The notes under the pieces are model-generated. The model was not told where the DNA came from, made no database searches, and was given only the letters and a program-made list of their open reading frames with translations. The position numbers were made by a program, and so were the translations under genes. This document shows positions 44,365 through 53,255 of a stretch of 64,000 nt of DNA, piece after piece; position 1 is the first letter of the stretch, and every line of letters starts with the position of its first letter. The DNA comes from an uncultured Verrucomicrobiota bacterium (GTDB lineage Bacteria; Verrucomicrobiota; Verrucomicrobiia; Verrucomicrobiales; Akkermansiaceae), in the NCBI GenBank assembly GCA_929200745.1, contig CAKNAS010000009.1, forward strand, positions 12,256 to 76,255, written 5' to 3'.

Positions 44365-45081
44365 ATGAGATCACGATATTGGCGGCAGATGCGCATCGGA
44401 ATTCTCAGCTTATTGATGCTTGGTTGTTCGGGGCTCACCGAACTGATTGCCAGCGAAAAAAACCACGTCATTCTGTGTGGTGGGCCGGCGTTGAGAAAGT
44501 GGGAGGACCTGCGTGTTGAAGGTGACCAGCACGATCGTTGGTGGGCAAATTTTATTCATGCATCCACGCTGAGGATGGATGAACTGCGCGCTGCTAACGG
44601 GTCGCATGCGGCGATTACGTGGATTGTCTATCGCCCTGCTTATATCAAACGCGGAATAGAGGATCGCAAGCCATACAGCACTTGGATTAGCAAGCAGGCT
44701 GCAAAGCGAAAAGCGACCTTGATTTGGGTGAGTAGCGGAGAGCAGGCGATAGCAGCTATTAACCGTCATCCATCAAGATCTATTGTAAGTTTTGATTTTT
44801 TTGGGCATTCTAACAAATATTGTTTCCTTCTAGACTACAGTGCAGAAATTATGGGTGCGAGTAAGGCATGGATTCACGAGCGGGATCTTGCTGGTATCAG
44901 GAGAGATGTTTTTGCTAAGCGAGCGCACTGCAAGAGTTGGGGGTGTCACACGGGTGAAAGCATGAGTGCACACTGGAAACGTACAGTCGGTAAAGCTCTA
45001 ATCGGTGCCAAGGGTAAAACGGATTATAGAACCTTGAGCGAGGGAAAGCTGCCCACTGTGTCAGGTAGATGGGTGCGATAG
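44365..45081 (+). CDS. hypothetical lipoprotein with alternating beta/alpha pattern and a conserved-looking FFGHS ... WGCHTG motif pair
   Basis: The start is chosen so the N-terminus is MRSRYWRQMRIGILSLLMLGCSG (lipobox LGC). The track start is 44302. Candidate His is at nt 44806-44808 and candidate Cys at 44944-44946, 46 residues apart. Confidence 0.5.
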   Translation: MRSRYWRQMRIGILSLLMLGCSGLTELIASEKNHVILCGGPALRKWEDLRVEGDQHDRWWANFIHASTLRMDELRAANGSHAAITWIVYRPAYIKRGIEDRKPYSTWISKQAAKRKATLIWVSSGEQAIAAINRHPSRSIVSFDFFGHSNKYCFLLDYSAEIMGASKAWIHERDLAGIRRDVFAKRAHCKSWGCHTGESMSAHWKRTVGKALIGAKGKTDYRTLSEGKLPTVSGRWVR

Positions 45082-45113
45082 ATACCAGAGAATAATTTAC
45101 TAATTAAATACTT

Positions 45114-46109
45114 ATGAAATACGAAGAACTTGCCAGCCTACATGCCCTACCGTTTTTTGAGCTACTGAAAAAATCTCGTGCGGTCCATGAGGAAAACTGG
45201 CCTGAGAATGAGGTTCAGCTCTGCACTCTTTTGTCGATCAAAACAGGTGGGTGCTCAGAGGATTGTTCATATTGTTCGCAGTCGGCCCGTCATAGCTCTG
45301 GTATCCAGATTGAACGGTTGATGGAAAAAGACGCTGTCATGGAGCGGGCTCAAGCGGCACGTGCCAGCGGGTCTACACGTTTCTGTATGGGGGCAGCTTG
45401 GAAGGGTGTGCGCAATGGAACCAAAAGATTTGACCAGGTAGTGGATATTATAGAATCCGTCTCCAGTTTGGGTATGGAGGTATGTGTTACGCTTGGTGAA
45501 TTGGGTGCAGAGGAGGCTACAATTTTGAAAGAAGCTGGTGTTACCGCCTATAATCATAACGTTGATACTTCCCCAGAATACTACCCAAACATTGTCACCT
45601 CACATACTTACGATGACCGTCTTAACACGATCCGTCATGCACAAGATGCGGGAATGAGTATCTGCTGCGGGGGAATCCTTGGTCTCGGAGAAGATACAAA
45701 GGACCGGTTAAAGATGATTGAGGTGATCTCCGAGTTTAATCCACAACCAGAAAGTGTTCCGATCAACTCGCTGATGCCTATGCCGGGAACTCCCCTGGAG
45801 GGATCGAACCCAGTGGAAATTTTCGATGTTGTTAGAATGATTGCTGTGGCACGAATTGCATGCCCTAGGGCAAAGGTAAGGCTGTCTGCAGGCCGAACAC
45901 AGATGAGTGAAGAGGGGCAGGCGATGTGCTTTTTTGCTGGAGCCAACTCGATTTTCTACGGTGATAAATTATTGACTGCAGAGAACCCAGCGATCAAAAA
46001 AGACCTTGAGTTAATTGAAAAACTAAATCTCAGTGCGCAGGCGCCAAACCCTCAAATGCAGCCGCCACAATCTGAGTGTGATAAGCCTCTATCACCCTGC
46101 TGCGGTTAG
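45114..46109 (+). CDS. bioB: biotin synthase
   Basis: Radical-SAM motif CSEDCSYCSQS, FCMGAAW, and NHNVDTS. Length 331 aa. Confidence 0.95.
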   Translation: MKYEELASLHALPFFELLKKSRAVHEENWPENEVQLCTLLSIKTGGCSEDCSYCSQSARHSSGIQIERLMEKDAVMERAQAARASGSTRFCMGAAWKGVRNGTKRFDQVVDIIESVSSLGMEVCVTLGELGAEEATILKEAGVTAYNHNVDTSPEYYPNIVTSHTYDDRLNTIRHAQDAGMSICCGGILGLGEDTKDRLKMIEVISEFNPQPESVPINSLMPMPGTPLEGSNPVEIFDVVRMIAVARIACPRAKVRLSAGRTQMSEEGQAMCFFAGANSIFYGDKLLTAENPAIKKDLELIEKLNLSAQAPNPQMQPPQSECDKPLSPCCG

Positions 46110-46120
46110 ATTTATAAGCT

Positions 46121-47347
46121 ATGGACATCGCCATCACGGGCATCGGGTTGACTACGGGTCTTGGCGATGGGGCGTGTGCGAATGCCGAGGCCATCGCATC
46201 GGGACGTCATGCCCTCAATCCGCTTTCTGGCCTATTGGGAAAAGATTCGCGATATACTGATCTTAATGCGGCTTGGATTGATGATCGATCGCTATTGCTA
46301 TCACGAAAATGGGCACCCGGATCGATGCTATCCCTTCATGTGGCTCGGCAAGCGATTCGCGATGCTGGTTTGGGTGGTGAGGATTTGTCTAATGCTGCTA
46401 TTATTGTGGGTAGCAGTCGTGGTAATGCAGCTGGTTGGGTTGCTCCATGGCCAGGGCGGCGGTCTTTTGATCTAATGGCAGCCAGTAATTCGATGCATGG
46501 GGAGCTAGCCTCAGCTGTGAGTATTGAGCTAGGAATTCATGGGCCATGGCAGGTGATTTCAAGTGGTTGTGCCGCTAGTCTTGATGCCATGGGCATGGCG
46601 TGGATGATGCTTAAGCAGGGGGTTGTGAGTCGTGCTATTGTGATCGGAGTAGAACTGCCACTCCTGCCTGATGTTATTGAGTTATATGAAAAGACGGGAG
46701 TGCTGGCTAAATCATCGGTGAATGATCCCTACTCGGCTGATGCTGGAGGTTTTTTTCCTGGCGAAGCGGGTGCTGCGGTGGTTCTAGAAACTACCGATGC
46801 ACTTGCTGAACGTAAATCGAGGGTAAAATCAGCTGATAAGACTGGGTGTTTTACTCATAAACATGGCAGTGGTGATGTGCGTATGACCGGTTATTGGTGT
46901 AATTCGGATGCGAATTCACCAATCGGAATGTCTACAGATGGTAAGGGCTTACGAGACTGCTTAATAAAGGCGGTAAACGATCTCAGGGATGAGCCAGAAA
47001 TTACGGCTGTCTGTCCTCATGCGAGTGGTACGTTACTGCATGGAAAGGCAGAGATTGAAGCAATGACGGCTGCTCTGCCAGACGACCGAACCTACTCATT
47101 GCATCCCCTAAAGCCATTCACTGGGCATGCAGTAGGTGCCAGCGGTCTACTCGATTGCGTGTTGCTTACCTATTTCATGCGAATCCAGTCATTACCGCCA
47201 AACCTTGCCGGTATTACATCGCCCGGTGAGCCGTTTACACTTACGCCCAATCCATTGTCTTATGATGGATCTACAGTGCTAAAAATAGCTGTGGGTATGG
47301 GTGGGCATAATTCGATTGTTTCACTCCGATCACCTGAGGGATCATGA
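46121..47347 (+). CDS. divergent beta-ketoacyl-ACP synthase (KAS I/II, FabB/F-like fold) with an intact Cys-His-His triad
   Basis: IAITGIGLTTGLG N-terminus. Active-site Cys in VISSGCAASLDAM, His in CPHASGTLLHGKAE and KPFTGHAVGASG. It starts 11 nt after the bioB stop. Confidence 0.7.
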   Translation: MDIAITGIGLTTGLGDGACANAEAIASGRHALNPLSGLLGKDSRYTDLNAAWIDDRSLLLSRKWAPGSMLSLHVARQAIRDAGLGGEDLSNAAIIVGSSRGNAAGWVAPWPGRRSFDLMAASNSMHGELASAVSIELGIHGPWQVISSGCAASLDAMGMAWMMLKQGVVSRAIVIGVELPLLPDVIELYEKTGVLAKSSVNDPYSADAGGFFPGEAGAAVVLETTDALAERKSRVKSADKTGCFTHKHGSGDVRMTGYWCNSDANSPIGMSTDGKGLRDCLIKAVNDLRDEPEITAVCPHASGTLLHGKAEIEAMTAALPDDRTYSLHPLKPFTGHAVGASGLLDCVLLTYFMRIQSLPPNLAGITSPGEPFTLTPNPLSYDGSTVLKIAVGMGGHNSIVSLRSPEGS

Positions 47348-47790
47348 AGTATATTTCTATATCGATTGGTGAAGAGAAAATCCGTTTATTGGATAATGAG
47401 AAAGTAGTTGCTGAATATACAATTTCAAGTGCCGCAAATGGCATAGGTTTTGACGAAGGTAGCTACTGCACGCCCACTGGTCGATTTGTCATTCAAGAAA
47501 AAATAGGTGAAGGAGAACCGCTGCACACGATTTTTAAATCCAGGCTGCCTGTCGGTATATGGGACGGTGAGATAACTGCTGATGATATGATACTGACACG
47601 CATCCTTCGCCTGCATGGGCTTGATCCTGAAAATGCGAACAGTATGAAGCGGTTTATTTATATCCACGGAACTAACAGAGAAGACATGCTGGGCCAGCCA
47701 GCGAGCTGCGGATGCATTCGGATGAGCAACGCCGATGTTATTGAGCTATTCGACGCCATCGAGCTGGGAACACCGGTGTTTATTGTCTAA
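47344..47790 (+). CDS. YkuD (L,D-transpeptidase catalytic fold) single-domain protein without a signal peptide
   Basis: IYIHGTNREDMLGQPASCGCIRMSNADVIELF matches the HG...S-x-GC-(I/V)-R-M signature. The N-terminus MKYISISIGEEKIRLL is not hydrophobic. Its ATG overlaps the KAS stop (ATGA at 47344-47347). Confidence 0.7.
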   Translation: MKYISISIGEEKIRLLDNEKVVAEYTISSAANGIGFDEGSYCTPTGRFVIQEKIGEGEPLHTIFKSRLPVGIWDGEITADDMILTRILRLHGLDPENANSMKRFIYIHGTNREDMLGQPASCGCIRMSNADVIELFDAIELGTPVFIV

Positions 47791-48274
47791 TCGACTGAAT
47801 ATGTTTTAGCACGCCTCGACACCCATCAGTGAGTAAATCAGCCACGAATTCAAAGCCCTCAGCGCCGCCGTAGTAAGGATCGGGCACATCGGGGATCTGA
47901 TGGGCTATTTCAACGCAGAAATCCGTCATGCGTTTGACTTTCGGGATGTGTCTCTTTTCAAAATCTAAGGTGAGTATATTTTCTAAATTTTCAGAGTCCA
48001 TGACAAGGATTAGGTCGAAATTAGACAGATCATCAGCCACAAATTGCCTGCCATAGCCATGGTTAGTGATACCTCGTGTGGCCAATATCCGAGTCATCCG
48101 ATGATCTGGAGCTTTCCTTGGATGGTAGTCGTGTGTGCCTGCTGAGTCTATTTCCACTACGTTTTCGAGTCCCGCATCTTTAACGAGGTGTCGGAGGATG
48201 TTTTCTCCAGCTGGAGAACGGCAAATATTTCCTAAACAGACAAAGAGAACTTTGAATGACGTTCTTGGCATCAT
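47780..48274 (-). CDS. low-molecular-weight protein-tyrosine phosphatase
   Basis: Active-site loop VLFVCLGNICRSP (C-x5-R-S) and DPYYG. Length 164 aa. Confidence 0.9.
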   Translation of the reverse strand: MMPRTSFKVLFVCLGNICRSPAGENILRHLVKDAGLENVVEIDSAGTHDYHPRKAPDHRMTRILATRGITNHGYGRQFVADDLSNFDLILVMDSENLENILTLDFEKRHIPKVKRMTDFCVEIAHQIPDVPDPYYGGAEGFEFVADLLTDGCRGVLKHIQSIRQ

Positions 48275-48296
48275 ACCCAGATGGTGTAGAATTAGA

Positions 48297-49943
48297 ATGA
48301 TGCTGACAAGGATGATACTTCACTTATGTCTGATGACGTTTGTCTCTGGTGCGGATAGTAAGCCGCATGTCATTTTGATTGTGAATAGTGATATCACTGA
48401 GATTGATGAACAAATTGCGGTGGACAAAGTATTCTCCAAAAATATCGATTTTCCATCCGGCGTAGCTTGGCGCAAATCGCGCTGTGACGTGCGGCTTTCC
48501 CCCGGAGGTAGCGCGACACTTGCGGCATTACTCTATGGAAAACAATCGCTTGTTTGTGGGGTGGTGGGTGACCACGACTGGCGGCGTAAGCCTGTTAGGT
48601 CAACCAGCTTGGCAGATCACTTCGCATTAGCAGGTTATACGACCGTATTTTCTGGAGCATGGTCCATGGGGGTGTCACCTCCATACGATTGCAAGAGTAG
48701 AGGTTTTAAAGCGGAAATAGAATCAAGAGATTCATCTCAATCGGCACTATGCCGTCATCTGGAGGATGATTGGATAATGTGTGGTAAAGCAATGCAGTCT
48801 CATGTGAACCTGGAAAAATCTCTCAAAAAGTTATGGATGCTGTCTCCCCCTGTATTTATGATGGCCCACTGTCGGGGCATGAAAGATAGTGTGAAAATGT
48901 CAGAGGCAATCAAAGTGATGGCCGAAAATGCATGGAAGATGCATAAGCGTGAAACCTACTGTATTATTGTTTCAGCACTGGTGAAAAAATCTGATGAAAG
49001 TTGGCATCTCCCCCATGGAAGCTACCACAATCCATCTAGTACTAAACTTTATCACATAGGACTGCAGAAAAACTTTACTCAGTATTGCGATCGGTTTCAT
49101 CATTGTGCAACCGACTGGGAACTTAATACCGCGTTACTAAGTTTGGTAGCTGATGTTGAGCCAGCAAAGCCAGAATTTCGAGTTTTCCACGCAGCCAATT
49201 GGCCAGACGATAATGCGCCAGATAAACATCGTTACCGCGGCTCACTCGTTGTGGGTAAAGAGCACGCTCTGGTCGATGGATTGGAGCTTTACCCCGCTAA
49301 TAATGAAATGCTACCGAATCTCAGCAAGCCTCTCGATATCACTCAGCACCAAAAACTTCATACTGAGATGCTCTTAGCGCATACCAATTGGTGGAGATCT
49401 ACGCGTAAAGCATTGTATGATCCGCGTCCGTTTTCTGTTGGGAAAAAAGACAAGCACCCTGTTCGGCTCACTGCAATGGATTGGCGACCATCCAAGATCA
49501 TGCACGCTGATAATAAACACCCATCCTCGCAACCGGTTATTGAACAGCAAAAATTATTAGATTTGCTCAGGGGATTACAGCAGAGTGATTTTCGCCAGCA
49601 ATACCCCGCGCACAGCGGCAGTTGGTCGGTGAATATTCTGCGGCCTGGGCGTTATCAGATTAAAGCTAGTCTATTGCCTACGAATATCGATGACCGTTGG
49701 AAAAAGTTGGCGGCGCTTCGCGGTGGCCGTGCATTTATTCGTATCGGCCAGAATCTGGTTCAGCTCCAGCTAGTGAAAGGAGCGACTTCAGTCACCGTAC
49801 AAGCCGATGCTGATGCTGGGATTACTGATCTTGAGTGCTGGTTCACGGGGCAGCTTGCTGTCGAACGAGAGCTCGGTGCCTTTTTTGTGGAGATCCAGAG
49901 GATAGGGGACAAGAAGTTTAACCTGAAAGCGAAACCTGAATAA
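48297..49943 (+). CDS. secreted sulfatase-like (alkaline-phosphatase superfamily) protein with a degenerate active site
   Basis: Signal peptide MMLTRMILHLCLMTFVSGA. KPHVILIVNSD resembles KPNIIxILADD. GSATLAALLYGK aligns to the sulfatase CSPSRAALLTGR with C, P and R all replaced. The start at 48297 avoids antisense overlap with the PTP gene. Confidence 0.55.
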   Translation: MMLTRMILHLCLMTFVSGADSKPHVILIVNSDITEIDEQIAVDKVFSKNIDFPSGVAWRKSRCDVRLSPGGSATLAALLYGKQSLVCGVVGDHDWRRKPVRSTSLADHFALAGYTTVFSGAWSMGVSPPYDCKSRGFKAEIESRDSSQSALCRHLEDDWIMCGKAMQSHVNLEKSLKKLWMLSPPVFMMAHCRGMKDSVKMSEAIKVMAENAWKMHKRETYCIIVSALVKKSDESWHLPHGSYHNPSSTKLYHIGLQKNFTQYCDRFHHCATDWELNTALLSLVADVEPAKPEFRVFHAANWPDDNAPDKHRYRGSLVVGKEHALVDGLELYPANNEMLPNLSKPLDITQHQKLHTEMLLAHTNWWRSTRKALYDPRPFSVGKKDKHPVRLTAMDWRPSKIMHADNKHPSSQPVIEQQKLLDLLRGLQQSDFRQQYPAHSGSWSVNILRPGRYQIKASLLPTNIDDRWKKLAALRGGRAFIRIGQNLVQLQLVKGATSVTVQADADAGITDLECWFTGQLAVERELGAFFVEIQRIGDKKFNLKAKPE

Positions 49944-49959
49944 CGATTGTCAGCTCGCC

Positions 49960-52107
49960 CTATTTTTTCTGTAGTTGTTTTATCTGGTCGCGCAGGTGTG
50001 CGGCGCGCTCGAACTCTAATTTGGCTGCTGCTTCGCGCATTTCCTCTTCAAGTTCCGAGATGACATGGGTGGCGTTATAAGTCGCCTCATCTTCATTCAA
50101 TACGGAGCGGTTCAGTTCGTCGGCTTCCTCGGCATATTTTGTAGCCTGACTTAGTGATTCCTGTACCGGGCGGATGACGCTTTGCGGAGTGATGCCATGC
50201 AGCTCGTTATGCTCTATTTGCCGTGCACGACGGTATTCGGTGATGTTGATCAGTGCCTGAATGGAGTCGGTTACTTCATCGCAAAAAATAACACACTCGC
50301 CGGCAACGTGGCGGGCAGCCCTTCCTGCAGTCTGAATGAGTGAGGTTTCGTTTCGAAGAAAACCTTCTTTATCGGCATCAAGAATACAAACAAGCGACAC
50401 CTCTGGCAGGTCAAGGCCTTCTCTGAGTAAGTTGATACCGACTAATACATCGATCTCTCCAGCTCTCAGTAAACGCAGAATTTCTACACGTTCGATAGCT
50501 CCTACATCGGCGTGGATGTAGCGAACTTTTAAGCCTGTTTCTTGGAGGTATTCTGCGAGGTCCTCAGCGGTTTTTTTCGTCAGTGTGGTGACTAGAACGC
50601 GTTCGTTGCGATCAACTCGCTCACGGCACATATCAATTGTTTCATCAATTTGGCCATTCAGTGGTTTGAGGGTGAGGATTGGATCTAGTAATCCAGTGGG
50701 CCTGATAATTTGTTCGACCACAAGATTACTCCCAGGAGAAGAAACATCAAATTCCTCCACAGGCACATCTGCACCGCTTGTAGTGATTTGTTTGCGAATT
50801 TTTTTGAGCGCTTGTGCTGCGGACAACTCGCCCCTCTTCCATGGGATAAATTTCTTGTTGTCCGGTCGTGAGTTGATGAATTCAAATGGTCCTGGCGTGG
50901 CGGAGACATACACCCGCTGGTTGGTCATTTGCATGAACTCGTTGAATTTGAGTGGGCGGTTATCAAGTGCACTAGGTAATCGGAACCCATGATCTACTAG
51001 AGTAGATTTTCGGCTTTTGTCGCCTTCATACATACCACCAACCTGAGGAACGCTGACGTGGCTCTCGTCCATAAGTAGCACGTAGTCATCTGGGAAGAAA
51101 TCCAGCAAGGTGTAGGGGCGGGCACCTGGATCACGGCCAGTGAGATGGCGGGAGTAGTTTTCAATACCTTGGCAAAAGCCCATTTCCTGCATCATCTCAA
51201 TATCAAAGTCGGTTCGCATTCGGATCCTTTGTGCCTCGATAAGCTTATTGTTTTTTTCAAACCAATCGACGCGTTCATTCGCTTCTTGTTTGATGGCATG
51301 GATCGCGCGATTGAGCTTACTTTTTTCTGTCACGAACTGCTTTGCGGGAAAAAAGGTATGAGCATCTAGCGTATCCATTTTGGTGCCTGAGAGGGCATTG
51401 ATCTGGGTAATACGCTCGATCTCATCGCCAAAAAACTCTACCCGTATTGCAGATTCTTCCAGGTAGGCAGGATGCACTTCAACGACATCGCCACGTACGC
51501 GAAATTGACCACGCGAGAACGCAATATCGTTACGCTCAAACATCAGGCTGACCAGGCCTTCGAGAAATTCCTCGCGATCAAGTTCATCTCCAGTTTTTAC
51601 TGGCAACATCATATTTTGGTAGTCCTCGGGTGACCCCAAGCCATAGATGCAGGACACCGAAGCAACCACGATCACGTCCTCTCTTGTGATGAGCGACCCC
51701 ATTGTGCTTAGGCGCAATCGTTCTATTTCGTCATTAATCGAGCTATCTTTTTCGATGTAAGTATCGGAGCGCGGAATGTAGGCCTCTGGTTGGTAATAGT
51801 CGAAGTAGGAGACAAAATATTCGACGGCGTTGTTTGGGAAAAATTTTTTCAACTCGGAGTAGAGCTGTGCGGCAAGTGTCTTATTATGGGACATTACCAG
51901 TGTCGGTTTGCCGATCCGTTCAATGATGTTTGCCATTGTGAATGTTTTTCCCGATCCGGTGACCCCCAATAGTGTTTGGTGACCATTGCCGGCAGTAATG
52001 GACTTGACGAGTTTTGCAACTGCAGCCCCCTGATCGGCAGAAAGTGAGTAGTCGCAGTGAAGAGAAAAAGGCAAAAGAATGATGGGTTGTGACCTGAGAT
52101 TACTCAA
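49960..52107 (-). CDS. uvrB: excinuclease ABC subunit B
   Basis: Walker A [32 protein letters not shown], and a C-terminal UVR domain ([16 protein letters not shown]). Length 715 aa. Confidence 0.97.
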   Translation of the reverse strand: [715 protein letters not shown]

Positions 52108-52165
52108 TTAACACAGGATCGGTGATTGAACAAATCCAGATATCGGGACACATACATGCATCCAG

Positions 52166-52705
52166 ATGACGGAAGAGAAAAAAACGATGGTTGAGATAAT
52201 AAAGGGTGCGGTGATTCCGTGTGGTCCTAAATCGCTTGCTGAGCCTGAAAAAGAGCTGCGTTTTACTCGTGCGGCACAAGCGCCGCTATTTTTCGGCTTA
52301 TCTGTCGTATTTTTAATAATGACGCTTGCGGTATTTATTTTATCAACTCAAGACTGGGGGATGGGTGGGCCGATTCTTGATGGCTGGTTATGGCTATGCC
52401 TATTGGGGCTGCTATTATGCTACTGGATGATTCGGCTTGGTGTGCGCTGCACGCGCAATGCGTATATCATTTTTAGTCCTCTTGGTGTAGAGATCTTTCC
52501 CTTTTTTGGAGCGAAAGAAAACCTGCAAGTTATCTACTGGACGCAAGTAGCAGATGCTGAGGTTACTGCGGATGCAAAAAATCTCGTGCTGCACTTTACT
52601 GAGGAAAAAAAGAGCGGGGTGGTTGCCTCCCTCAAACCGATCTCGGAGAGGCGGCGCCATCTACTTGAAGAGGCAGTGCTGGGTGTGATGGAAAATAGAG
52701 ATTAG
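52166..52705 (+). CDS. hypothetical membrane protein (2 TM plus a small C-terminal cytoplasmic domain)
   Basis: Hydrophobic helices LFFGLSVVFLIMTLAVFIL and WLWLCLLGLLLCYWMI. No family recognised. Confidence 0.45.
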   Translation: MTEEKKTMVEIIKGAVIPCGPKSLAEPEKELRFTRAAQAPLFFGLSVVFLIMTLAVFILSTQDWGMGGPILDGWLWLCLLGLLLCYWMIRLGVRCTRNAYIIFSPLGVEIFPFFGAKENLQVIYWTQVADAEVTADAKNLVLHFTEEKKSGVVASLKPISERRRHLLEEAVLGVMENRD

Positions 52706-52745
52706 TATTTGGAATTTAACTTTTAGTATTTAAGACATCACTCAT

Positions 52746-53255
52746 ATGCGCCCTACATCAATTCAGATTCAATCCGTCATGGAAGCCTTTGGCCAGCAAG
52801 GTTGGCAGTGTGAACAGCTTGAAGGTCAAGACGTGATCCGCACTGCCTTTGAAGCCTACCACACCCACGTACATCTTCATGCACAAGCATTCCCACAACT
52901 CAATGCGCTGTCGGTGGTGGGGGAGGCTCCACTTGAGCTTGAGGTTGAGCATGAACCAATTGTGCTGGAGCTGCTCGCCAGGGCGAACAAAAAACTCACC
53001 CTGGGGAGTTTGGAATATGATCTGGATCGTGAGCAGATCATGTTCCGCATCACCAACATGTTTGAGCGCGACAAGTATGACGCCGACATTGTTTCGTCGA
53101 TGGTCCACGCGGCAATTGCAGAGGTGGATCGGATCATGCCGTTTGCTGCGGTGATTCAGCAGACGTCCGAAGGTCTACTGGATGACCTATCTGTCGAGCG
53201 GCTGCTGCTGCGTGAGGATCTCATTCCTCCGGTGCCGGATGAGGCTGACATATAA
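52746..53255 (+). CDS. YbjN-like (putative sensory-transduction/T3SS-chaperone-like fold) protein
   Basis: 169 aa, acidic. The pattern ...VIRTAFEAYHTHVHLHAQ...LLARANKKLTLGSLEYD...IMFRIT resembles the YbjN family. Confidence 0.45.
   Translation: MRPTSIQIQSVMEAFGQQGWQCEQLEGQDVIRTAFEAYHTHVHLHAQAFPQLNALSVVGEAPLELEVEHEPIVLELLARANKKLTLGSLEYDLDREQIMFRITNMFERDKYDADIVSSMVHAAIAEVDRIMPFAAVIQQTSEGLLDDLSVERLLLREDLIPPVPDEADI

Noticed and set aside
45801-45811. GGATCGAACCC, resembling a tRNA T-arm.
   Set aside because: It lies in frame inside bioB (..LEGSNPVE..). No acceptor or anticodon stems can be drawn around it. I saw no tRNA-like cloverleaf anywhere in the intergenic regions.
48135-48296. An N-terminal 54-codon extension of the sulfatase-like ORF, as given in the ORF track.
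   Set aside because: It would overlap the LMW-PTP gene antisense by about 140 nt. The internal ATG at 48297 yields a canonical signal peptide (MMLTRMILHLCLMTFVSGA).
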